Origin: Alphaproteobacteria bacterium | GTDB taxonomy: Bacteria; Pseudomonadota; Alphaproteobacteria; Rs-D84 | NCBI GenBank assembly: GCA_009784275.1 | Contig: WRCA01000016.1 | Coordinates: forward strand, 1 to 11,626 | Length of the DNA: 11,626 bases | Reading direction: 5' to 3' | Shown: positions 1-6,979 of the stretch, one piece after another | How the letters are laid out: each line of letters starts with the position of its first letter | Numbering within the stretch: the stretch's first letter is position 1 | Program-made: the position numbers and the translations under genes | The notes under the pieces: model-generated | Database searches by the model: none | Seen by the model: the letters and a program-made list of their open reading frames with translations, nothing else | What the model was told of the DNA's origin: nothing

Positions 1-62
1 AAATAGACGCCGCTGCTTCGCGGTGAATACTAAAAACATCATCTATAAACAAAAACTCGCTC

Positions 63-79
63 GCTGTATATTATACAGC
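63..79. repeat. 17-bp perfect palindrome GCTGTATA-T-TATACAGC in the AT-rich spacer downstream of accB; function unknown (terminator-like or operator-like)
   Basis: Hand-checked: 63-70 is the reverse complement of 72-79. It is flanked symmetrically by AAAAA (52-56) and TTTTT (88-92). On the minus strand it contains TATAAT (75..70). Confidence 0.5.
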
Positions 80-150
80 TTCGCTCCTTTTTATTCATAT
101 CTAATATTTTTATTATTCATCGTTAGCCCATAAATTATGGAAACAGGGCC

Positions 151-615
151 TTATTCGATAACGACCAACGGAGTATCAAACTCCACCGCTTGACCGTCCT
201 GGACTAGTATTTCTTTTACAACCCCGTCTTTATCAGCTTTTACAGGATTGAATGTTTTCATCGCCTCTATAAGGCAAACTGTGTCCCCCGCTTTTATTTT
301 TGCGCCGATCTGGGTAAATGGCCTTGCGCCTGGTTCTGGGGAAAGATAAACCACGCCGACCATTGGTGAACGAACCGCGTTCGCTATGCAAGCCGCCGGA
401 TTCTCGGAAACATCGCAAGAAGCCTTGGATAATGGCGATGCTATAATGGGCGCTGCCGCCAGCGTTGGCGATGTAATAACGGCTGCGCCTTGGCGCGAAA
501 GGTGAATATGTTTACGATAGATGCCGAATAAAAATTGGCGTTCCAGATCAAGTTCGGTAAGTCCCATTTCATCCATAATTTTCGTCATGGCTTTTACCGT
601 GCTACGAAATGACAT
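151..615 (-). CDS. accB: Biotin carboxyl carrier protein of acetyl-CoA carboxylase (BCCP)
   Basis: The C-terminal biotinyl domain has the hallmark SPMVG..Y.SP.PGA.PF...G..IK.GDT.C.IEAMK(T)FN motif (biotinyl-Lys in EAMK) and ends ...VEFDTPLVVIE. The track ORF starts at TTG 618. ATG at 615 is preferred because an AGGA SD (626..623) lies 7 nt upstream. Confidence 0.93.
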   Translation of the reverse strand: MSFRSTVKAMTKIMDEMGLTELDLERQFLFGIYRKHIHLSRQGAAVITSPTLAAAPIIASPLSKASCDVSENPAACIANAVRSPMVGVVYLSPEPGARPFTQIGAKIKAGDTVCLIEAMKTFNPVKADKDGVVKEILVQDGQAVEFDTPLVVIE

Positions 616-649
616 CAAAAAATCCTTCGTTAAATTAAACGGAGCTTGA

Positions 650-677
650 ATTGTAACAGAATCTAATCAATAGTCAA
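650..677 (-). promoter_or_regulatory. Candidate sigma70-type promoter for accB
   Basis: On the minus strand: TTGACT (677..672), 16-nt spacer, TACAAT (655..650), about 35 nt upstream of the accB ATG. Motif match only. Confidence 0.45.
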
Positions 678-694
678 TAATCTTTAATTAGCGT

Positions 695-907
695 TTAAAC
701 AGGGTCATATCCAAACCCACCACCGGGACGGCATCTGGAAATTCTTTTAATTGCCATCCATCCCCCACGCAGCGCGCCATGTTTTTCAACCGCTTGTTTC
801 GCATACTCGCTGCAGGTTGGGGTAAACCGGCATACTGCCCGCCCGCCAAATAATGGCGAAACTATTAATTGATATAATTTTATTAAAAATAGGGCGATTT
901 TTTTCAT
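695..907 (-). CDS. yidD: Membrane protein insertion efficiency factor YidD
   Basis: 70 aa with the YidD signature ...SP.....CRF.PTCSEYA..A...HG...G..........RC.P....G.DPV. Its ATG overlaps the rnpA stop (ATGA, 904-907). Confidence 0.93.
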   Translation of the reverse strand: MKKIALFLIKLYQLIVSPLFGGRAVCRFTPTCSEYAKQAVEKHGALRGGWMAIKRISRCRPGGGFGYDPV

Positions 908-1251
908 AATTGGTTGTCAGTTGCCAGCTTTTTTAATGCCCTTTTCATCATCGCATTGCCTTCTGACAGTGTTGCTTCCAGAATCGGCGTGCGGACGATA
1001 AAGATATAATCCATATCTGGAGACATCAGGCTTTCATTCGCGCGTATCCATGCCCGCAGCAGTCTTTTTGCCCGATTGCGGTCTGTAGCATTCTTCAAGG
1101 TTTTTTTAGTAGCGATCAGTCCATACTGGGCATTACCCGGCCAAAGCGTTGGACGGCTACGCGCAACAAAAAACGGCGTTCCGAATGTAATATCAGTTTC
1201 CGCCCTGGCAAAGTCTTTATGTTTCTTTATAGTATCGCGCATAAAAAGCAT
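904..1251 (-). CDS. rnpA: Ribonuclease P protein component
   Basis: 115 aa, basic. KKHKDFARA N-terminal segment and the RNR-type motif NRAKRLLRAWIR. It lies directly upstream of yidD, as in the conserved rnpA-yidD pair. Start is ambiguous: ATG 1251 or ATG 1242. Confidence 0.9.
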   Translation of the reverse strand: MLFMRDTIKKHKDFARAETDITFGTPFFVARSRPTLWPGNAQYGLIATKKTLKNATDRNRAKRLLRAWIRANESLMSPDMDYIFIVRTPILEATLSEGNAMMKRALKKLATDNQL

Positions 1252-1264
1252 TATAATTTAGCAA

Positions 1265-1277
<13 letters not shown>
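1250..1277 (-). promoter_or_regulatory. Candidate promoter for rnpA-yidD that overlaps the annotated rnpA ATG
   Basis: On the minus strand: TTGCAA (1277..1272), 16-nt spacer, consensus TATAAT (1255..1250). The -10 overlaps ATG 1251..1249, so a transcript would begin near 1243, right at the second ATG (1242). Confidence 0.3.
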
Positions 1278-2365
<1,088 letters not shown>

Positions 2366-2389
2366 AAATCGCGCTTCCGCGCGATTTTT
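2366..2389 (+). terminator. Rho-independent terminator after mreB
   Basis: ATCGCGC (2368-2374), TTCC loop, GCGCGAT (2379-2385), then a T-run to 2389. It starts immediately after the mreB TAA. Confidence 0.8.
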
Positions 2390-2425
2390 AATTTGCGATT
2401 TGCAATTTATGATTTATGATTTGCC
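2384..2425 (+). repeat. Tandem 7-bp repeat, six units (ATTTTTA ATTTGCG ATTTGCA ATTTATG ATTTATG ATTTGCC), overlying the xseB promoter region
   Basis: Read directly. Head-to-tail ATTTnnn units at 2384, 2391, 2398, 2405, 2412 and 2419. Confidence 0.8.
2393..2420 (+). promoter_or_regulatory. Candidate promoter for xseB-mutS
   Basis: TTGCGA (2393-2398), 16-nt spacer, TATGAT (2415-2420). AAGGA SD precedes ATG 2440. It is embedded in the heptamer repeat. Confidence 0.35.
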
Positions 2426-2439
2426 AAAAGGAAAAATCA

Positions 2440-2637
2440 ATGGAAGAAAACAAATTATCATTCGAAGAAGCTTATCAGCAATTGCAAGAGCTAGTGAAAA
2501 AAATGGAATCGGGACAGCTGCCGCTGGCTGATTCAGTCGCAGCATATGAAAAAGGCATGAAGTTGAAAGCTTATTGCGAACAACTGCTGAAAGAAGCGGA
2601 ATTGAAAATAGAAACGCTTAATAGTAATAAAAATTAA
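2440..2637 (+). CDS. xseB: Exodeoxyribonuclease VII small subunit
   Basis: MEENKLSFEEAYQQLQELVKKMESGQLPLADSVAAYEKGMKLKAYCEQLLKEAELKIETL matches the XseB helical-hairpin pattern (sFEeal.eLe.iV..LE.G.l.L..s...yekG..L...C...L..Ae.ki). The track ORF starts at 2416, inside the putative promoter. ATG 2440 has an SD. Confidence 0.9.
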   Translation: MEENKLSFEEAYQQLQELVKKMESGQLPLADSVAAYEKGMKLKAYCEQLLKEAELKIETLNSNKN

Positions 2638-2642
2638 TAATC

Positions 2643-5150
2643 GTGGCGACAAAACCTGCTCTTACCCCCGTTATGCAGCAATATCTGGATATGAAGGCTG
2701 AAAATCCAGACGCTGTTCTATTATTTCGACTGGGTGATTTTTACGAAGTTTTTTTCGGAGATGCGAAGATAGTATCCAAAGCGTTGGATCTGGTATTAAC
2801 GCATCGCGGCACGGACGAGCGTGGTTGTGATATTCCGATGTGCGGCATCCCATGGCATGCGGCTGAAAATTATCTGGGACGTTTAGTAAAAAATGGAATT
2901 AATGTCGCAATCGCGGAACAGATGGAAACCCCGGAAGAGGCAAAGAAGCGCGGGGCAAAACAACTGACGCGCAAAATTGTCCGCGTTATGACCGCGGGCA
3001 CACTGACCGATGATAATTTATTGTCGCCGAAAAAAAGCAATTTTCTTGTCGCTGTTTTTCCAAAAACCGAATCTTCTTTTGATTTCGCCGGATGCGATAT
3101 TTCAACAGGGGAATTTTTTACCGGGGATACGGAAAATATTCTGGATGATATGGCACGAATCGGACCTGCGGAAATTATTTATCCCGAAAATGCGGCAGAA
3201 ATACCGGAAATTATGCGAATACGCGAAAGTTTTAATACAACGCCAATAAATGAAAAGTTGTATAACCGAGCAGATATTGACGACATTGTAAATTCTACTC
3301 TTCTACTCTCCTACTCTCCTACTCTTGCAAATAAGCTGCTAGCAGCTTATTTGCATAACACTCAACGCGGCGCGAATATAGCATTCCGCACGCCCTACAA
3401 ATTCGGGGCAGGACAGCAGTTATTGGTTGATTCGGCGACTTGGAAAAGTTTGGAAATCGATTCGCCTTTGAATGATGGTGGCGCATGCCTTTTGGATATT
3501 TTGGATAAAACTCGCACGGCGGCCGGCGCGCGAAAATTGCGGGCATGCTTGCGTGCACTTTCCGGCGATATCGGCGAAATTCGCCGCAGACAGGAACATA
3601 TCGCCCACTTGTTGCTTAATCGCGATGTATTTAATGGATTGTCCGCAATGCTGGAACGCTTGCCGGATGCAGGACGCGCAATCCCGAGGCTCATCAGCGG
3701 ACGCGGCATGCCGCGCGATCTTCGTGCGACGGCTGATTTTATGACAGCATTGCCCAGTGTAAAAATAATAGGCGCGCGCTTGGATGCAAACTTGGCGGCA
3801 AAATTCGACAAGATAAATCCTTTTGATTCGCTCGCGCAAGAGCTGCGATTTGCATTATCGGATTGTATGCCGGCTTTCTTTCGCGATGGTGGAATTATTC
3901 GCGAAGGATTTGACGCCGGACTGGATAATATGAAGCGCATGGCACATGGCGCAAAGGAAACAATTGCTGCGCTGCAGGCCGAATATATTAAATCCGCCGG
4001 AATAAATACTCTTAAAATAAAGTTCAATAATATACTGGGATATCATATCGAAGTACCCAGCACACGGGCAGATGTATTAATGGCGCCGGAATCAGGATTT
4101 ATCCACCGCCAGACGATGGCGGGCAATATGCGTTTTACTACGCCGCGGTTGATAGAGTTGGATAATGATGTCCGTGGCGCAGCAGAAAAAGCCGCAGCGA
4201 TAGAAGTAGAAATTATAACAAAGCTAATCGACAAGGTTCGCGATATTGCGGACGAATTGCTGCAAACGGCAGATTTGCTGGCGGACAGCGATGTCTGGTG
4301 CACATTGGCGGACGCTGCGGAAGAATACGGATGGGTTCGTCCAGCCATGACTGACGGCGTGGATTTCGATATTGTCGGCGGACGACATCCAGTAATAGAG
4401 AGTATTTTGCGCAAGCGCGGCGATCAATTTGTAAAAAACGATTGTGAATTAATGAATAAAAAAATCGCGCTGCTGACCGGCCCCAATATGTCCGGAAAAT
4501 CAACTTATCTGCGACAGAATGCTTTGATAGTTGTGCTGGCGCATATGGGAAGTTTTGTCCCGGCAAAGAGCGCGAAGATCGGAATTTGTGACCAACTATT
4601 CTCGCGCGTTGGCGCATCGGATAACTTGGCGGCGGGACAATCTACCTTTATGGTGGAAATGCAAGAAACCGCGAATATATTAAATCGCGCAACAAGTAAA
4701 AGCTTTATAATATTTGATGAAATAGGGCGCGGAACGGCAACTTGGGACGGCATGGCAATTGCGCGCGCAGTATTGGAATTCTTGGATAGTTTTCGTCCAC
4801 GAACATTGTTTGCAACACACTATCACGAATTGACTGGAATAGAATTGAACGCGGTGAAGAATTTAACAGTTGAAGTGCAAGAATATAATAATGAAATTAT
4901 ATTTATGCATAAAATTATGCCCGGGGTTGCAAATCGCTCTTATGGAATCCATGTGGCGCAAATGGCGGGTATGCCGGCAACTGTTATCGACGCGGCGGAG
5001 AAAATCCTGCAGCAACTGGAAGCAGGCGAATTAAAACAAGATACATTCAAGATTGAAAATTCCGAAATTCCTGTGAATGAAGGACCATCCGGAGTATTTA
5101 TAATCCGTGCCGAAAATGAAAAGAAAAACGACCAGTTATCGCTGTTTTAA
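2643..5150 (+). CDS. mutS: DNA mismatch repair protein MutS
   Basis: 835 aa. N-terminal LTPVMQQYLDMK...GDFYE.FF.DA mismatch-binding domain, Walker A TGPNMSGKSTYLRQ, ST(F)MVEM, DEIGRGT, THYHEL, and a C-terminal QLSLF. The GTG start at 2643 is needed to include the conserved TPvMQQY segment. Confidence 0.98.
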   Translation: MATKPALTPVMQQYLDMKAENPDAVLLFRLGDFYEVFFGDAKIVSKALDLVLTHRGTDERGCDIPMCGIPWHAAENYLGRLVKNGINVAIAEQMETPEEAKKRGAKQLTRKIVRVMTAGTLTDDNLLSPKKSNFLVAVFPKTESSFDFAGCDISTGEFFTGDTENILDDMARIGPAEIIYPENAAEIPEIMRIRESFNTTPINEKLYNRADIDDIVNSTLLLSYSPTLANKLLAAYLHNTQRGANIAFRTPYKFGAGQQLLVDSATWKSLEIDSPLNDGGACLLDILDKTRTAAGARKLRACLRALSGDIGEIRRRQEHIAHLLLNRDVFNGLSAMLERLPDAGRAIPRLISGRGMPRDLRATADFMTALPSVKIIGARLDANLAAKFDKINPFDSLAQELRFALSDCMPAFFRDGGIIREGFDAGLDNMKRMAHGAKETIAALQAEYIKSAGINTLKIKFNNILGYHIEVPSTRADVLMAPESGFIHRQTMAGNMRFTTPRLIELDNDVRGAAEKAAAIEVEIITKLIDKVRDIADELLQTADLLADSDVWCTLADAAEEYGWVRPAMTDGVDFDIVGGRHPVIESILRKRGDQFVKNDCELMNKKIALLTGPNMSGKSTYLRQNALIVVLAHMGSFVPAKSAKIGICDQLFSRVGASDNLAAGQSTFMVEMQETANILNRATSKSFIIFDEIGRGTATWDGMAIARAVLEFLDSFRPRTLFATHYHELTGIELNAVKNLTVEVQEYNNEIIFMHKIMPGVANRSYGIHVAQMAGMPATVIDAAEKILQQLEAGELKQDTFKIENSEIPVNEGPSGVFIIRAENEKKNDQLSLF
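3294..3325 (+). repeat. Four head-to-tail 8-bp units (TCTACTCT x2, CCTACTCT x2) inside the mutS CDS
   Basis: Read directly: units at 3294, 3302, 3310 and 3318. They encode ..STLLLSYSPTL... Confidence 0.9.
3326..3355. repeat. Perfect 30-bp palindrome TGCAAATAAGCTGCT|AGCAGCTTATTTGCA inside the mutS CDS
   Basis: All 15 base pairs around the 3340/3341 centre were checked by hand. The first mismatch is 3325/3356. It encodes (L)ANKLLAAYLH. Confidence 0.95.
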
Positions 5151-5155
5151 AATTA

Positions 5156-5689
5156 ATGAACAATGTAAAATTAGTTTTGCCAGATGTAAAATATAGAGAT
5201 AGCTTTCTATCTGCTATTCCTGAATTTCGCGCACTTGAAAACAAAATCTGGCAAGACCAGAATATGGCCGATATGAATGACAATATGTCAGAATCGGAAT
5301 TTTCTGATTATCTAAAAAGTATACTCGACAGGGCAAATTCGAAAACCAACAAGAAGTTAACATATTGGCTAATAGATGAAGACGGCTGGGCGGGTACAAT
5401 CAGAATCCGACCAAATCTATCAAAAGAACAGGCGGAAGACTTTGGACATATCGGTTATGAAGTTCGCCCCAGTAAACGCGGGCAAGGATATGCAAAACAG
5501 ATGATTCGCTTTGCATTGGCAGAGTGTGCGCAGATAGGAATATCAAAAGCATGCTTTGCTTGTGATAATGATAATGAACCATCAAAAAAGACAATAATAT
5601 CCACCTTTCGAGAATACGGTGGTGACGACGGCTGGATTGATGGCTGTAATATTAACGATTATCATTGTTGGATAAAAACATCGAAATAA
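5156..5689 (+). CDS. GNAT-family N-acetyltransferase (resembles the 'predicted acetyltransferase' group with the GHIGY.VRPS.RG.GYA motif)
   Basis: 177 aa. The acetyl-CoA-binding motif A region is HIGYEVRPSKRGQGYAKQMIRFALAECAQIGISKACFACDNDNEPSKKTI. Its ATG is 5 nt after the mutS stop, and its TAA abuts the truB ATG. Confidence 0.85.
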   Translation: MNNVKLVLPDVKYRDSFLSAIPEFRALENKIWQDQNMADMNDNMSESEFSDYLKSILDRANSKTNKKLTYWLIDEDGWAGTIRIRPNLSKEQAEDFGHIGYEVRPSKRGQGYAKQMIRFALAECAQIGISKACFACDNDNEPSKKTIISTFREYGGDDGWIDGCNINDYHCWIKTSK

Positions 5690-6589
5690 ATGAAAAATTC
5701 CGGATTTGTTTTACTAGATAAGCCAAGCGGGATGACATCTCGCAAAGCGGGCGGGCGTGTTGCGCGAATGTTTGGCGCGAAGACTTTCGGGCACTTGGGA
5801 ACATTGGATCCAATGGCATCAGGACTCTTGCCAATCGCACTGGGCGAGGCGACAAAAATAATTCCATATCTCGAAGGTAGACATGAAAAAGAATATGAAT
5901 TTTCCGTTCAGTGGGGAATAAAAACGGATACAGATGATATTACTGGAAAAATCTTGGAACAGAATGATAAAACTCCAACTACAAAACAAATTGAAAATGC
6001 TTGCGCGGAACTAATTGGTGAAATATTGCAAACTCCGCCGATATACAGCGCTGTGCACGTCGGGGGACAGCGTGCTTATAAGCTGGCGCGTACAGGCAAA
6101 GAAATAGAGATACCTGCCCGAAAAATAACCATATATGATTTAAAGAATCTAACTGATTCTTCGTTTATTGTTAAATGCTCCACAGGAACTTACGTGCGCA
6201 GTTTAGCCGGCCAAATTGCTGAAAAATGCGGTTCTATTGCGACTTGCGATTCTATCCGCAGAACGCGGACGAATGGCTTTGATATAAAAAATGCTGTTAC
6301 GCTTGATTTTCTGGAAAATTTGTTTAATAATGGCGGGCGCGTTGCGATAGAGAACTATCTGCAACCAATTGATTTCGGGCTGGGCGACATTCCGGCTTGG
6401 AATCTGGACGAAACGGACGCAAGACTATTTCAAAACGGCGGGTTTATTTCAACTGTAAATAGAACACTTGAAATTGAAAACGAACTTGTCCGAGTATATT
6501 CCAAAGATGTATCCGGTAATGGATTTATTGGAATGGGATTAGTGGAAAACGGCGCCCTTAAACCAAAAAGGATTATAAATGTCGATTGA
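5690..6589 (+). CDS. truB: tRNA pseudouridine(55) synthase TruB
   Basis: [52 protein letters not shown] (catalytic Asp in GTLDP), ..[22 protein letters not shown]. It lies directly upstream of rpsO-pnp, as in the conserved cluster. Confidence 0.95.
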   Translation: MKNSGFVLLDKPSGMTSRKAGGRVARMFGAKTFGHLGTLDPMASGLLPIALGEATKIIPYLEGRHEKEYEFSVQWGIKTDTDDITGKILEQNDKTPTTKQIENACAELIGEILQTPPIYSAVHVGGQRAYKLARTGKEIEIPARKITIYDLKNLTDSSFIVKCSTGTYVRSLAGQIAEKCGSIATCDSIRRTRTNGFDIKNAVTLDFLENLFNNGGRVAIENYLQPIDFGLGDIPAWNLDETDARLFQNGGFISTVNRTLEIENELVRVYSKDVSGNGFIGMGLVENGALKPKRIINVD

Positions 6590-6851
6590 AAAAACGAAAA
6601 AAACTACGCTGATTAAAGAATACAAGTCCAGCGAGAAAGACAATGGCGGCAGCGCCCCGTCCCAGGTCGCAGTTCTGACCGAACGCATCCGCAACCTGAC
6701 CGACCATATGAAGGCTAATCACAAAGACCAACATTCCAAACGCGGATTGCTGTTGATGGTTAACCGTCGTAAAAAGCTGCTGGCTTATATAAAAAAGCGT
6801 AATGTTTCGGAATACGAAGACCTGATTAAGAAATTAGGATTACGTAAATAA
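6579..6851 (+). CDS. rpsO: 30S ribosomal protein S15
   Basis: 90 aa; ...[53 protein letters not shown] at 6568-6572. It overlaps the truB 3' end by 11 nt. Confidence 0.97.
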   Translation: MSIEKTKKTTLIKEYKSSEKDNGGSAPSQVAVLTERIRNLTDHMKANHKDQHSKRGLLLMVNRRKKLLAYIKKRNVSEYEDLIKKLGLRK

Positions 6852-6854
6852 CGA

Positions 6855-6876
6855 ATGCGGGCGCATGCCCGCATTT
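6855..6876 (+). terminator. GC-rich hairpin after rpsO (attenuating terminator or processing site)
   Basis: ATGCGGGC (6855-6862), GCAT loop, GCCCGCAT (6867-6874), followed only by a short, interrupted T-run (TTTGCAAATTTG). It is probably a leaky terminator. Confidence 0.5.
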
Positions 6877-6883
6877 GCAAATT

Positions 6884-6951
6884 TGCAGGAGCAAAGGATT
6901 ATTCATTTTTACGCAGCGATACTGCTTAAAAACGAATAATTTCCTCCTGCA
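6884..6951 (+). promoter_or_regulatory. Long imperfect stem-loop in the pnp 5' leader (candidate RNase III / PNPase autoregulatory hairpin)
   Basis: Hand-folded pairings: TGCAGGAG (6884-6891) with CTCCTGCA (6944-6951); AAA/TTT; TTATTC (6898-6903) with GAATAA (6933-6938); TTTTT/AAAAA. The apical hairpin is GCAG-CGATA-CTGC (6913-6925). It ends about 20 nt before the pnp SD. Confidence 0.5.
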
Positions 6952-6979
6952 TGAACCAAATATGCAAAAAGGAGTAAAA

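Noticed and set aside
1-42. Minus-strand ORF start (ATGATG at 42..37, MMFLVFTAKQRRLF...) running off the left edge
   Set aside because: Only 14 codons are visible, there is no SD, and there is no resemblance to AccC. That is too little evidence to call a CDS.
63-79. LexA (SOS) box interpretation of CTGTATATTATACAG
   Set aside because: The spacer is 7 nt, not the 8 nt of the CTGT-N8-ACAG box. The proteins here look alphaproteobacterial, and in that group the known LexA site is a GTTC-N7-GTTC direct repeat.
2416-2439. Eight-codon N-terminal extension of xseB (MICQKEKS)
   Set aside because: It starts inside the heptamer repeat and putative -10. ATG 2440 has an AAGGA SD and matches the usual XseB N-terminus.
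3395-4617. Several antisense or off-frame ORFs (210, 139, 134 and 123 aa) inside mutS
   Set aside because: All are nested in the MutS CDS. Their Ser/Arg/Ala-rich products are characteristic of shadow frames of a GC-richer gene. There is no independent signal for them.
6875-6979. Upstream 35-codon extension of the pnp ORF (track start 6875)
   Set aside because: The extension runs through the terminator tail and the leader hairpin and has no SD. ATG 6980 has GGAG 5 nt upstream and gives a normal-length PNPase of about 716 aa.
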